Assembly (NCBI GenBank): GCA_021203005.1
Contig: JAJQCB010000158.1
Coordinates: 1-54,484 of the forward strand
Origin: Clostridiales bacterium
Lineage (GTDB): Bacteria; Bacillota; Clostridia; Lachnospirales; Lachnospiraceae
Reading direction: 5' to 3'
Length of the DNA stretch: 54,484 nt
Shown here: one piece after another, positions 36,162 to 46,622 of the stretch
How positions within the stretch are numbered: position 1 is the first letter of the stretch
Layout of the letters: each line of letters starts with the position of its first letter
Made by a program: the position numbers and the translations under genes
Notes under the pieces: generated by a model
Seen by the model: the letters and a program-made list of their open reading frames with translations, nothing else
Told to the model about the DNA's origin: nothing
Database searches by the model: none

Positions 36162-38267
36162 TCAAACCCGACTCTCATGCTTCAGTACAACCGCCGAAAA
36201 TTTCGGCAATGTGATTTTGATATGTCCGCTGATGACATTATATTCGACGGGAGCAACCGAGTATCCGTCCCCTGTTGTGTACATAACCTGCTGCAGTACA
36301 CACTCCTGCGGAACATTCGCGGTATCCACAGGCAGATCGATGGTATTCGGAAAACTGTCGTTGTTAACAATAATGACGAACTGCTGCTGCCGGTTAAACC
36401 TCCCGTAACAGAGCACATTTTTTGTGCCGTTTAAAAATTTAACCGATCCCGTCCGCAGCGCAGAGTTTTCCCGGTGAATGCGGATCATATCCCGATGGAA
36501 GCGGATCAGTTCTTTGTCCTCCCTGCCCCAGGGGTAGGTACGCCGGTTATCCGGATCCGTAAACCCGCACAAACCCGCCTCATCACCGTAATAGAGAGTC
36601 GGCGCACCCGGCCAGGTCATCTGTATAACGACAGCCTCCTTCAAGACCGCCTTGTTGACGCCCTCCGACGCTGCCTCGCAGCCTAACTTTTCCGCCCGTC
36701 CCACCTTGTGGTTCGTTCTCGTGAGGAAACGCGAGTGATCATGGTTGGACAGCTGATTCATGGCACACTGCAGGGACGGCGTGAGGAAGCTTGCCATGTA
36801 ATGCGTCATTGAATTGACGTAATTGTCAAAATTCCCCTGCATATATTCCTTATACTCATTGCTGTGCTTTTCCATACCGGTCAGAAACCAGCTCACCGGC
36901 TCCATAAAAGCGTCATAATTCATGACGGTATCCCACTGATCGCCGTGCAGCCACTTCTCCGGATCACCGTAATGCTCTGCCAGAACCAGCGCCTGCGGAT
37001 TGGCCTCCTTCACCGCCGCCCGGAATTTTTTCCAGAATTTGTGATTATATTCCTCGCTGTGTCCCAGATCCGCCGCCACATCCAGACGCCATCCATCCGC
37101 ACAGTAAGGCTCGGATACCCATTTTTTCGCGATTTTTAAAATGTACTTCTCCAGTTCCGGAGAGCCTTCATAATTCAGCTTCGGCAGGGTATCCAGTCCC
37201 CACCATCCCTCATAGGTGCCGTTATCCGGGAAAGCCGTCTCATTCTGGAACCGGAAGTAATTGTGGTATCTGCTGTCCGCTGTCTCATAGGCACCGGGCT
37301 CAAAATCCTCACTGCCTTTGTAAATTTTCTCCCGGTCCATCCACTTATTAAAAGATCCGCAATGATTAAACACACCGTCTAAGATCACACGCATTCCCCT
37401 GCGGTGCGCCTCCCGGACCAGTTTGATAAACAGTTCGTTGCTGGCTTCCAGATTTTTCAGACTCGTCACGCGCTTTTTGTAAATCTCCGCTTTCGTATTA
37501 TCCGTGCATCCCTCCGGCAGCGGTTCCCCTCCATCCTCGAGAATCACGCCAAAATGCGGATCAATATAGTCATAATCCTGGATATCATACTTATGGCTGG
37601 AGGCCGATACAAACAGCGGATTAAAGTAAATCACTTCCACACCCAGCTGCTGCAGATAATCCAGCTTCTGATACACGCCCTCCAGATCGCCTCCGTAGAA
37701 ATTCGCCACATCAAAATTCTCCGGATGGGCGTCCCAGACCGGCACCTGCCTCGTCGGACGGTTAATGTAATAATACTCGCCGTCTTTCACGTCGTTGGAA
37801 GTATCTCCATTGTAAAAGCGCTCGGTAAAAATCTGATACATGACCGCGCCCTTCGCCCAGTCCGGCGTGGAAAAACCGGGAACGATGCGGAACTCATACT
37901 GTTTCCGATGCTCCCGGGCCACCCCGACCCGGTCATAATAGCAGCGAAGCATACCGCTGACCACCTCAAAATAATAGCCAAACTGCTCCTCACCCAGCTG
38001 AATTTTTATCTCATAAAAATCAAACTGGCCGTCGCTTTCCGCCACACTCATCTCATAGCTTTCCCCATCGTGATGGAGAATAACCAGATCTACATTATTA
38101 ACATCAGTCCGGAACCGGATACGCACGGTCTCATTTGCTTTCGGCTCGGCGGGAATCCGGTAATCCGCAGTCCCGTCACTGAACAGGGAATTCTTGTACA
38201 GGATGGGACGCATCTGTAAAATATAATTTTCTACACTGTAAAACTGTTGTGCTGAATCGTACTTCAT
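36162..38267 (-). CDS. GH13 alpha-glycosidase (neopullulanase/cyclomaltodextrinase-like)
   Basis: YQIF.ERF.NGD, GGDLEG, LDGVFNH, DGWRLDVA, LAEH, SNHD, YYGDE, DPDNRR. Confidence 0.93.
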   Translation of the reverse strand: MKYDSAQQFYSVENYILQMRPILYKNSLFSDGTADYRIPAEPKANETVRIRFRTDVNNVDLVILHHDGESYEMSVAESDGQFDFYEIKIQLGEEQFGYYFEVVSGMLRCYYDRVGVAREHRKQYEFRIVPGFSTPDWAKGAVMYQIFTERFYNGDTSNDVKDGEYYYINRPTRQVPVWDAHPENFDVANFYGGDLEGVYQKLDYLQQLGVEVIYFNPLFVSASSHKYDIQDYDYIDPHFGVILEDGGEPLPEGCTDNTKAEIYKKRVTSLKNLEASNELFIKLVREAHRRGMRVILDGVFNHCGSFNKWMDREKIYKGSEDFEPGAYETADSRYHNYFRFQNETAFPDNGTYEGWWGLDTLPKLNYEGSPELEKYILKIAKKWVSEPYCADGWRLDVAADLGHSEEYNHKFWKKFRAAVKEANPQALVLAEHYGDPEKWLHGDQWDTVMNYDAFMEPVSWFLTGMEKHSNEYKEYMQGNFDNYVNSMTHYMASFLTPSLQCAMNQLSNHDHSRFLTRTNHKVGRAEKLGCEAASEGVNKAVLKEAVVIQMTWPGAPTLYYGDEAGLCGFTDPDNRRTYPWGREDKELIRFHRDMIRIHRENSALRTGSVKFLNGTKNVLCYGRFNRQQQFVIIVNNDSFPNTIDLPVDTANVPQECVLQQVMYTTGDGYSVAPVEYNVISGHIKITLPKFSAVVLKHESRV

Positions 38268-38283
38268 ATTTACCTCTTACTAA

Positions 38284-38440
38284 GGACCTGTTCAAAAATA
38301 ACTTTTAATATTGCTTGTCTTGTTCTCCGATAGCACCACTCAAAAATCAGTTACATAGCCCGCTATGCGCCTGATTTTATGAGCGGCACTCTCGAAGAAA
38401 AATCCTGCGCACTATTTAAAAGTTATTTCTTAACAGTTCC
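38284..38440. mobile_element. 157-bp MITE-like element with a TAA/TTA target-site duplication
   Basis: TIRs GGACCTGTTCAAAAATAACTTTTAA and (revcomp) GGAACTGTTAAGAAATAACTTTTAA, 22/25 identical; TAA at 38281-38283 and 38441-38443; self-complementary interior. Confidence 0.8.
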
Positions 38441-40256
38441 TAAACAACTCTTCGAACTCATTTCTCCCAATCTTCTCTTTCTCAAGAAGAAGCTCCGCGC
38501 TGCGGTGAAGGACGTCCTCGTGCGCTTCGATGATTTCTTTCGCTTTCTGATAGCACTCGTCCACGATTCGTTTGACTTCCGCGTCGATTCGCGTCGCCAC
38601 ATCGTCGCTGTAACTCTTGGTATGGGCGAGGTCACGCCCAATAAAGACCTCATCATCGTCATTATCATAATTGATCAGTCCAAGCGCCTCAGACATACCA
38701 TATTTTGTCACCATGGCCCTGGCCACAGCCGTCGCCTGTTTGATATCCTGGGATGCGCCGGTCGTCACATCGCCAAACACCATTTCCTCGGCGATCCGCC
38801 CGCCCAGGTCGACCATGATCTCCTGGAGCATCTGCCCCTTCGTGCGGAACATTTCATCTTTTTCCGGAAGCGGCATCGTATATCCCGCCGCACCGATGCC
38901 TGTGGGGATAATAGAAACCGTATAAACCGGTCCCACATCCGGCAGCACATGAAAGAGAATGGCATGGCCGGATTCATGGAAAGCGGTAATCCGCTTTTCC
39001 TTATCCGTAATCACACGGCTCTTTTTCTCCGCGCCGATGCCCACTTTGATAAAGGCCTTTTTAATATCCTCCTGACAGATAAAAGCACGCTTATCTTTCG
39101 CCGCCAGGATTGCCGCCTCATTTAAGAGATTCTCCAGATCAGCTCCGGTAAAGCCTGCTGTCGTCTGCGCGATCTGTTTCAGATTCACATCGTCGCCAAG
39201 CGGCTTGTTCTGTGCATGGACTTCGAGAATCTGTTCCCGGCCTGCCACATCCGGCTTGCCCACATATACTTTGCGATCGAAGCGTCCCGGGCGAAGAAGC
39301 GCCGGGTCAAGGATATCCACACGGTTGGTCGCAGCGACAACGATAATTCCCTCGTTCACACCGAACCCATCCATCTCCACCAGAAGCTGGTTCAGGGTCT
39401 GCTCCCTCTCATCGTGTCCGCCGCCCATACCGGTACCCCGGCGGCGGCCCACCGCATCAATCTCATCAATAAATACGATACAGGGCGCCTGTTTTTTCGC
39501 CTCAGCAAACATATCCCTCACGCGGGATGCACCGACACCGACAAACATTTCCACAAAGTCCGATCCGGAGATAGAGAAAAACGGTACGCCCGCCTCCCCG
39601 GCCACCGCCTTGGCAATCAATGTTTTACCGGTTCCGGGAGGTCCCACCAGCAGTACGCCCTTGGGAATCCTGGCACCAAGCTTCGTATACTTGCCCGGCG
39701 CTTTTAAAAAGTCCACCATTCCTTCCAGCTCTTCTTTTTCCTCGCGGAGACCGGCGACATCCTTAAACTTTACTTTCACATTCTCCCCGCTGGTAAGCCT
39801 GGCGCGGCTCTTGCCGAAATTCATCATTCTGGAGCTGCCGCCACCGCCTCCGCCGGCCTGGCCTGTCATCATCACCATCATAAAGACCAGAGCAATCAAC
39901 ACGATCACCGTGGGAAGGATAGAAACCAGCACACTGGTTCCCTGCACATCTTTCAAAGTATAATCGGTGAATCCCTCTTCCTCCAGATAGGACTCTACTT
40001 CGCCGACGTCGGAGACAGTCACCTGCGCCCGGGAGCCATCCTCAAGAGTTACGGTCACCACGCCGGTCGGTACTTCCTGATTCTGTGTGATCACCAGGGA
40101 AGTCACCCCGCCGTCTTCCACAGCCTCCTGAAACTGAGACCAGGTATAAGTCTCTGTCGTTGTGAGACTGCCGTTTGTGCCAAACCCTCTCCACAGGAGA
40201 AAGAGAATAACAAGAATAAACAGATAAAAACCGAGCCCTCTAAAACTGCGCTTCAA
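38430..40256 (-). CDS. ftsH: ATP-dependent zinc metalloprotease FtsH
   Basis: Two TM helices, [44 protein letters not shown] zinc motif. Confidence 0.98.
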   Translation of the reverse strand: MKRSFRGLGFYLFILVILFLLWRGFGTNGSLTTTETYTWSQFQEAVEDGGVTSLVITQNQEVPTGVVTVTLEDGSRAQVTVSDVGEVESYLEEEGFTDYTLKDVQGTSVLVSILPTVIVLIALVFMMVMMTGQAGGGGGGSSRMMNFGKSRARLTSGENVKVKFKDVAGLREEKEELEGMVDFLKAPGKYTKLGARIPKGVLLVGPPGTGKTLIAKAVAGEAGVPFFSISGSDFVEMFVGVGASRVRDMFAEAKKQAPCIVFIDEIDAVGRRRGTGMGGGHDEREQTLNQLLVEMDGFGVNEGIIVVAATNRVDILDPALLRPGRFDRKVYVGKPDVAGREQILEVHAQNKPLGDDVNLKQIAQTTAGFTGADLENLLNEAAILAAKDKRAFICQEDIKKAFIKVGIGAEKKSRVITDKEKRITAFHESGHAILFHVLPDVGPVYTVSIIPTGIGAAGYTMPLPEKDEMFRTKGQMLQEIMVDLGGRIAEEMVFGDVTTGASQDIKQATAVARAMVTKYGMSEALGLINYDNDDDEVFIGRDLAHTKSYSDDVATRIDAEVKRIVDECYQKAKEIIEAHEDVLHRSAELLLEKEKIGRNEFEELFRNC

Positions 40257-40290
40257 TGTCCGGTCCTCCTTTTTCTACCATTTATATAAA

Positions 40291-40812
40291 TTACTCAATC
40301 GCCCCGATATAAGGAAGATTGCGATACTTCTGTGCGTAATCGAGACCGTACCCCACCACAAACCGGTCCGGAATCACGTATCCAATATAATCCACCGGTA
40401 CTTCCACCTCCCGGCGGTCCGGCTTGGAAAGGAGCGTGCAGATCATCACCTTTTTCGCGCCCCGATCCCGGAATTCATCGGAAAGATAGGCCAGCGTCCG
40501 CCCGGAATCGATGATATCCTCCACGATCAGCACATTTTCACCCTCAATCGGGGATTCCAGGTCTTTCGTAATCCGGACATTTCCGGAAGACTCCGTCCCG
40601 TTTCCGTAACTGGAAACATACATGAAATCCATGTAAACCGGTATGGTCAGCCGCTTTGCAAGCTCACACGCGAAAAAACTTGCCCCCTTTAAAATGCAGA
40701 CAAGCTTTACCGATTCCCCGTTCAGATCTTCGTTAATCTGCGCGGCCAGTTCCCGAATCCTTTCGTTAACCTGCTCCTCACTGTACATGACGCTGATCTT
40801 CTCACCTTTCAT
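40291..40812 (-). CDS. hpt: Hypoxanthine phosphoribosyltransferase
   Basis: LKGA, VSSYG, PRPP motif LIVEDIIDSGRTL, FVVGYGLDY..YRNLPYI. Confidence 0.97.
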   Translation of the reverse strand: MKGEKISVMYSEEQVNERIRELAAQINEDLNGESVKLVCILKGASFFACELAKRLTIPVYMDFMYVSSYGNGTESSGNVRITKDLESPIEGENVLIVEDIIDSGRTLAYLSDEFRDRGAKKVMICTLLSKPDRREVEVPVDYIGYVIPDRFVVGYGLDYAQKYRNLPYIGAIE

Positions 40813-40923
40813 AGCTTCCTCCTATGTTTTTCACAAAACTCATCCCCTGCACTAATATGCAAAACGGGATCAACCTGCAAACCACTTTTGACATCAAAAT
40901 CAATTTTCTGTAATTATGTCTTC

Positions 40924-42432
40924 TTACTCAATACACGAAATCTGGTCCGCTGTGGGGAAAACAACCTCCACCTGCAGAATACGCCTGGTCTGTCCGTCCA
41001 CTTTGTAAGCCTCGCTGATGCGGTGACCGATCACCCAGATTATCTGGTCACCGTCCGCCAGCAGGCAGATCCGGTCACGCTCTTCCCGGGGAATTTTTTC
41101 CTCGATAAAATATTTTTTTAAGGTCTTGCGCCCCCCGGCCGCATTCACCTGAAGAAAATCCCCTGTTTTTCGTGTGCGAAGCTGAACGATAAATTTGATT
41201 TTATCATAATCAAACCATTTCGTATATCTTTTTTCCGGAATTTTTTTGAAAAATTCCGGATTTTCCACTAATTTTGTCCGAAAACAAAGGCCGTTTCCCC
41301 AGACTGTCTCCCCCGGTATCTGCAATTCGCAGGATAAACACTGCTGCCCGGCCCCCTGTCCGGCTCCTGAATCGCGGCTCAGAATCACACTGTCATACGT
41401 TCGCCGGGCCGTCATGCCGTACGGCAGAGATATTTTTCTGCCCACGCCCTGCGTCATCAGTCCCAGAACTTCTTCCACATGGCAGGATGCGATATCTTTC
41501 CGGCTCTCCGCCTGCATTCCCAACAGGAGCAGCAGCAAATGCTTCTGTAAAAACGGATGAATCTGCGCAAACGCTGCGCAGAAAATATGAATTTCCTGCT
41601 CTCCATCACTCCTTTTTATCTGTTCCCATGCACCCTGTCCCGCGCGGTATGACTCCTCATCCAGAAACGCGCTGATCTCCCGAAGCTGCTCGCCCGCTCT
41701 CTGCATATGGAGCACCGCCTGCGTATTGACCTGCTCCAGTTCCGGCATAATCCGCCCCCGGATCCGGTTCCTGGCGTAGGCTACGTCCGCGTTCGTGCTG
41801 TCGGTGCGCCAGGTCTGCCCCCGTGCGGTCAGCCATGCCCGGATCTCCCCTCCTGTCACACAAAGCAGAGGTCGGACAATCCGAACATTTTCCCCATCAG
41901 CACTATTCTGCAGGTTTTTCCGTAAAGGATGTTCGTCATCTTCCCACTCCGATATTTTTCGCTCCATCACCGGCGCGATACCGCCAAGGCCGCGGATGCC
42001 GGTTCCCCGGGCCAGATGAAACAGCATCGTCTCCGCGCTGTCATTGGCATGATGAGCCACAGCAATCGTATCCGCCCCGAACTTGCTGCAGGCCTGGAAA
42101 AAACAATTGTAGCGCAGCTCCCTGGCAGTCTCCTCCAGTGACTGCCCGGTCTCCCGGCATCGCCCGGGTACATCCACAAAAAAAACCTCACAGGGGATCC
42201 CCAGCTGTCCGCACAATTTTTCCGTAAACACGGCATCCCCGCGGCTTTCCTCCCCGCGGATGCCGTGTTCTACATGAACCGCCGACAGGGAAAAACCGAT
42301 TTCACGGCTCAGTTCCCGCAAAACCAGAAGAAGACAGACGGAATCCGCCCCGCCGGATACACCGGCAAGCAGACGATCTCCTTTTTCCATCATATGATAT
42401 CGCTCTATATACGATTTTACTTTTTCAATCAT
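40924..42432 (-). CDS. tilS: tRNA(Ile)-lysidine synthetase
   Basis: PP-loop SGGADS, HGIRG, AR..RY, AHHAND.AET, RPLL, D.TN, RNRIR; position next to hpt. Confidence 0.96.
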   Translation of the reverse strand: MIEKVKSYIERYHMMEKGDRLLAGVSGGADSVCLLLVLRELSREIGFSLSAVHVEHGIRGEESRGDAVFTEKLCGQLGIPCEVFFVDVPGRCRETGQSLEETARELRYNCFFQACSKFGADTIAVAHHANDSAETMLFHLARGTGIRGLGGIAPVMERKISEWEDDEHPLRKNLQNSADGENVRIVRPLLCVTGGEIRAWLTARGQTWRTDSTNADVAYARNRIRGRIMPELEQVNTQAVLHMQRAGEQLREISAFLDEESYRAGQGAWEQIKRSDGEQEIHIFCAAFAQIHPFLQKHLLLLLLGMQAESRKDIASCHVEEVLGLMTQGVGRKISLPYGMTARRTYDSVILSRDSGAGQGAGQQCLSCELQIPGETVWGNGLCFRTKLVENPEFFKKIPEKRYTKWFDYDKIKFIVQLRTRKTGDFLQVNAAGGRKTLKKYFIEEKIPREERDRICLLADGDQIIWVIGHRISEAYKVDGQTRRILQVEVVFPTADQISCIE

Positions 42433-42493
42433 TTTTATCCCTTTTTACACTTTTTATCTTCCGGTAATAACAAAATCAGGTTCCATCACCTCA

Positions 42494-44338
42494 TTAAATC
42501 ACTGTCTTCTCCCAGATCCCGGCCGCCAGCACCGTCATATCATCCCGCACACGGCCGCCGGTAAACAGCAGCACCTGCTCCAGCACCCGGCGGGCAAACT
42601 CCCCCGGATTGCCGGTATCAATCTCCCTGATAATATCCGCCACAGTCTCCCGCGCATCGTCCACATACAGATGCTCCAGCACGCCGTCCGTCACCATGAC
42701 AACAAAATCTCCGGCCTCCACCTGCGTCTCCCGGCGAGCCGGTTTCTGGCTCATAAACACGCCCACCGGCATGCTGTGATCCTCAATCCATTCCACCTGT
42801 CCGCCATGGCGGACAAACGTAGCCGACGCACCGATCTTATAAATCTGCATTGAGCCGGTGTCCAGATCCACCGCCGCCAGATCCACAGTCGAAAACAGAT
42901 TATTCTCCCCGTGCGTGACCATGGCAGAATTCATCATCTGCAATGCCGTGTCCGGACGGAATCCAGATTCCATAAATTTCTCTATTAAATCTATCACCAT
43001 TTTGCTTTCTTTACAAGCCGCAGATCCGCTTCCCATGCCGTCTGAAAGCACCATCACACACCGCCCATCATCCAGAATCTGAAATGAAAAATTGTCCCCG
43101 GACATCTGCTCCCCATCCCGGACCGCTTTCGCTACCCCATACCCGGCAGTCAGGCAGGTGCTCTCCAGGAAAGCAATCCTCGCCTCTTTTTCCCCCAGCA
43201 GCGCTTTCGTATCTTTTGCCGGCAGAAAAGGATATCCCGTGACCTTACTGATATCTTTCGCAATTTCTTTCACCATCACACACTTTTTCCCGCGTGTGTG
43301 AGCCTGCATCAAAATTTCCAGCTTGTCTCCGGATTTTTTCAGAATCCGGAGATCATCGCAGACGATACTCAGCTCCTTTAAAGCATACCGGATCTGAGCA
43401 GCGGTTTTTCCCTCTGCCGCCGTCACATCCAGCTCATTTGCCGCACAATCTTCCATAATATAAGACATGGCATTCAGCTGCTCCGCAATCGCATCCCGGT
43501 TTTCCTGAAGGCGGTTATACCAGGACAGATTCAGATGTGCCTTCTCAAACACGCGCATCACCTGGCGCATCATTTCCTCCACGCAGACACAGTTTGCCTT
43601 AAGATCTCCCGCCGCATTCTCCATGTCCTCCCCGCGCTGTACCGACTGTAAAAAGCGATAGAGGATCCGGTACATCGGCGTGTCCTCCGTGTCCCAGCAC
43701 GCGGCGCACCGGCTGCAGGACACACAGAGGCTTCCCGCCACTTCATTCTGCATCCGGCTCAGTTCCTCCGCGGTAAAATCACTCTGATAGCGGTTCATCT
43801 GCCGGAAGGTCCGGGAAAGCTGGCCAAATGATTCCGCATATCCGCTCAGTTTTTCCCCGCCCTGCACATACACCGGCATCGGCTGCCCCGCCTGGGACGG
43901 CCAATCCGGAAGCATCCACACCAGACGTGTACACAGAAATACTGCGCCATATACAAAAACACCCTCCGCAATCCCGATCACCACCGTCGCGGCGTCCGGA
44001 ATCTGCATCGCCTGCCAGACAAGCGTCGCCCCCGCCGTTGAAATCCCTGTCAGGACCGCAGCTACCCAGGTTTTACACTTATGAAAATACCACTCCGCAA
44101 TCTGCACCAATGCCGCAGACAGAAGAAGAACCATCCCATATTTCACCAGAATACGAAGCGGCGCCAGTGCCAGCAGCCCTCCGATACTGCATAAAAATAA
44201 CAGGCTCCGGTTCATTCCGGATAAAAAACCGGTCATAAACACAACCGGCACCAGCGGATAGATACCTCCGATCGCAAGCCGAGGCGACAGCACCGCCAGG
44301 ATACAGAGTAACAGTTGCTTCACATCAAATTTTTTCAT
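42494..44338 (-). CDS. spoIIE: Stage II sporulation protein E (PP2C phosphatase)
   Basis: N-terminal TM helices, C..C..C..CW motif, SGDNF, LSDGMGSG, VTDG, DDMTV; canonical position divIC-spoIIE-tilS. Confidence 0.88.
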   Translation of the reverse strand: MKKFDVKQLLLCILAVLSPRLAIGGIYPLVPVVFMTGFLSGMNRSLLFLCSIGGLLALAPLRILVKYGMVLLLSAALVQIAEWYFHKCKTWVAAVLTGISTAGATLVWQAMQIPDAATVVIGIAEGVFVYGAVFLCTRLVWMLPDWPSQAGQPMPVYVQGGEKLSGYAESFGQLSRTFRQMNRYQSDFTAEELSRMQNEVAGSLCVSCSRCAACWDTEDTPMYRILYRFLQSVQRGEDMENAAGDLKANCVCVEEMMRQVMRVFEKAHLNLSWYNRLQENRDAIAEQLNAMSYIMEDCAANELDVTAAEGKTAAQIRYALKELSIVCDDLRILKKSGDKLEILMQAHTRGKKCVMVKEIAKDISKVTGYPFLPAKDTKALLGEKEARIAFLESTCLTAGYGVAKAVRDGEQMSGDNFSFQILDDGRCVMVLSDGMGSGSAACKESKMVIDLIEKFMESGFRPDTALQMMNSAMVTHGENNLFSTVDLAAVDLDTGSMQIYKIGASATFVRHGGQVEWIEDHSMPVGVFMSQKPARRETQVEAGDFVVMVTDGVLEHLYVDDARETVADIIREIDTGNPGEFARRVLEQVLLFTGGRVRDDMTVLAAGIWEKTVI

Positions 44339-44369
44339 CGCTTTTTTCCTCCCAACTTTGATGTCGGCT

Positions 44370-44434
44370 ATTTTAAAACGATGAAATAAAAATCTTTGTC
44401 AAACGGATGCCGGATTTCAAAAAACTTTTCGGCA
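44370..44434 (-). promoter_or_regulatory. Probable Spo0A-dependent SigA promoter of spoIIE
   Basis: TTGACA (44402-44397) and TAAAAT (44375-44370) with a 21-bp spacer, as in B. subtilis spoIIE; 0A-like boxes TGTCAAA 44397-44403 and TGCCGAA 44434-44428. Confidence 0.6.
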
Positions 44435-44572
44435 AAGTTCGGCTCGTAATATCCTTTCTAATCGAATTGATGAAACTCATGTTTTTTAACATCCTCATTC
44501 ATAATTCATTGCATTTATTCATATTTCCCCTCAGCTATAAGGAAAAAAATCGTTTTTCACAATCAGTCAATG

Positions 44573-44601
44573 AAAAAAGGAACCTCTTATCTGAGATTCC
44601 T
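44573..44601 (-). terminator. Intrinsic terminator after divIC
   Basis: AGGAATCTC-AGATAA-GAGGTTCCT followed by TTTTT on the minus strand. Confidence 0.65.
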
Positions 44602-44629
44602 CCATCAGGATATTCCGGCCGCAAAACTT

Positions 44630-44926
44630 CTATTCTTCTTTAAATAAAATCTCATCCTCGTAGACCATGCCGAGCCTGCTTCTGGCCACATCCTCCACAT
44701 ACTCGTCTGTGCCTACGTACGCTTCCTGTTCCTCCAGATCTGCCGCCCGCTGCTCTTCCTCGGTCTTCTGCGCCTCAAGCTCCTCCTGCTGCTCCTGAAG
44801 AGACTGATCCTTGTGATAAAGACGCACAATCTGAACCGACAAAATCAGTGTCAGTACCAGAACCATGCAGGAAATACAAATCCGTCCTGTATTCGTCCGC
44901 CGTTTCTTTTTTCTTCTACTTCGCAT
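44630..44926 (-). CDS. divIC: Septum formation initiator (DivIC/FtsB family)
   Basis: Basic N-terminus, TM helix, coiled coil, EYVEDVARSRLGMV..DEI. Confidence 0.88.
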   Translation of the reverse strand: MRSRRKKKRRTNTGRICISCMVLVLTLILSVQIVRLYHKDQSLQEQQEELEAQKTEEEQRAADLEEQEAYVGTDEYVEDVARSRLGMVYEDEILFKEE

Positions 44927-45016
44927 TTCCCTCTCCTGTTATCTGAAACCGCTGTGAAAACTCTTATTTTTTATTGTAAACGGATTACTGTGATTTTTCA
45001 ATCCCCTTTTTACAGT

Positions 45017-45508
45017 TCAAAACTTTTTTATGCCGATCTTTACCGCTCTGCCCGCCCGGGCTACTCTTTTTTTCATCCGGCGCACATGCTTTTTCCCCCG
45101 ATAACCAGCCTGCTGCATCCTGCTCTTACAAAATCCAGCCAGTTTCCGCAGCGGTGCGGTTGCCACACGCAGTACCCGGCCCACAATCCGGAATAATCCC
45201 CCGAGCATCGCGGTTCCCGCTTTCACCACCCAACGGCTCAGCAGAATAGAATACAGAAACATCCCTGCCGCCGCGCCCAATATGATAAACCCGCGGATCA
45301 CACCGTCATTCTGCCGGTACATAAACCCGAAAAGCCAAAGTGCGCAAAACAGCCAGAACAGCAGATCCTCCGCGGCCATCCCGACAATCCGGTGACGCAC
45401 AATGCGGCGCCAGACGCGAAGCAAATCATACAGAAGCAGCCATACTGCGCCGATACCAACTGCCTGCCCAAAAAGCTGTGCCTGCTTTATAATTTCCCCG
45501 TAAAGCAT
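45017..45508 (-). CDS. yabQ: Spore cortex biosynthesis protein YabQ
   Basis: YDLLRVWRR, EDLLFW, N.G.IR; follows yabP. Confidence 0.9.
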   Translation of the reverse strand: MLYGEIIKQAQLFGQAVGIGAVWLLLYDLLRVWRRIVRHRIVGMAAEDLLFWLFCALWLFGFMYRQNDGVIRGFIILGAAAGMFLYSILLSRWVVKAGTAMLGGLFRIVGRVLRVATAPLRKLAGFCKSRMQQAGYRGKKHVRRMKKRVARAGRAVKIGIKKF

Positions 45509-45798
45509 TACCGGAACAGGCGGCGAAGGAAAGATTCTCCCTGTCCGCTCCCCTTTTTCATATCAGAATACTGCAGCAAGTCAATCTCTCCGGACAAATC
45601 CACTTCTCCTTTTTCCAGCGTCAACCGGTTCACGTGCAGATCTTTTCCCCGGACCATCAGCATCCCCATCCGGGTTTCCAGAAGAATCTCATTCACATCA
45701 AACGACAGGATATCCGTAACACCGTTCAGTGAACAGTGACTCCGGTTCGACAAAATGATCTTGTGCTGCTGACCAGCCGGTGCCTGTCTCTCCTCCAT
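45508..45798 (-). CDS. yabP: Sporulation protein YabP
   Basis: HKIILSNR, GVTDILSFD, LET..G.L.VRG.DLHV..L.LEKG. Confidence 0.92.
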   Translation of the reverse strand: MEERQAPAGQQHKIILSNRSHCSLNGVTDILSFDVNEILLETRMGMLMVRGKDLHVNRLTLEKGEVDLSGEIDLLQYSDMKKGSGQGESFLRRLFR

Positions 45799-45887
45799 AA
45801 AAATCCCTCCCTCATCATAATAGATATATTTGTCCCCTGTATTACTATATGAAAAAGAGAGCCCTTTATGTCTATATTATGTTGCTA

Positions 45888-46127
45888 TCAGAGATACCGG
45901 AACATCTCCTTCGCTTCCTCCTTGCGGGAGGTATCCGCAATCTGAAGCACTTCCACCTTTACTGATTTATTGCCGAACGCAATCTCGATCACATCCCCGA
46001 CCTTCACGTTCAGCGATGCTTTCGCCTGCTTCCCGTTCACCGTTACACGCCCGGCGTCACAGGCCTCATTCGCCACCGTGCGCCGCTTGATCAGGCGGGA
46101 TACTTTCAGGAATTTATCTAATCTCAT
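45888..46127 (-). CDS. yabO: S4-domain RNA-binding protein YabO/RqcP
   Basis: MRLDKFLKVSRLIKRRTVANEACDAGRV.VNG. Confidence 0.93.
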   Translation of the reverse strand: MRLDKFLKVSRLIKRRTVANEACDAGRVTVNGKQAKASLNVKVGDVIEIAFGNKSVKVEVLQIADTSRKEEAKEMFRYL

Positions 46128-46151
46128 TTTGCCGCTCCTTTCATTAAAACG

Positions 46152-46186
46152 AAAAGAAAAAGCTGTCCCCGAAACGGAAACAGCTT
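46152..46186 (-). terminator. Intrinsic terminator after hup
   Basis: AAGCTGTTTCCG-TTT-CGGGGACAGCTT followed by a T-tract on the minus strand. Confidence 0.6.
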
Positions 46187-46205
46187 CCCACTCATTCCTC
46201 TCTGA

Positions 46206-46481
46206 CTATGCGTTCACCGCATCCTTTAACGCTTTGCCCGCTTTGAACTTCGGAGCTTTGCTTGCCGCAATCGTCATCGCCTCGCCTGTGCGGGGATTCT
46301 TGCCGGTTCTCTCCGGACGATCTACGGTCTCAAAGGTACCGAAACCAACCAGCTGAACCCTGTCACCATTCTGTAACGCATCGGTAACTGTTGCTGTAAA
46401 TGCTGCCAGCGCTTTCTCCATGTCCTGTTTGGGAAGATCTGTCTTTTCCACCATCGCTGCGATCAATTCTGTTTTATTCAT
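46206..46481 (-). CDS. hup: DNA-binding protein HU
   Basis: MNKTELI, VQLVGFGTF, GKNPRTGE, PKFKAGK.LKDAV; AGGAGG RBS. Confidence 0.96.
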   Translation of the reverse strand: MNKTELIAAMVEKTDLPKQDMEKALAAFTATVTDALQNGDRVQLVGFGTFETVDRPERTGKNPRTGEAMTIAASKAPKFKAGKALKDAVNA

Positions 46482-46622
46482 AAAATATGTCCTCCTGACT
46501 ACCCCTGTTCTCTCTGGGTCCTTTGATTTTTGCATAGCATATATATACTGTGTTTTCCTTTATTTGTCAAGTAAATCAATATAAAATTTCACTTGATGCC
46601 TTACGATTCGCAGTCCTTCACC

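Noticed and set aside
40843-40864. CCCCTGCAC..ATGCAAA as a fourth copy of the dispersed repeat
   Set aside because: The match is too short and lacks the CCTTAYGCA half.
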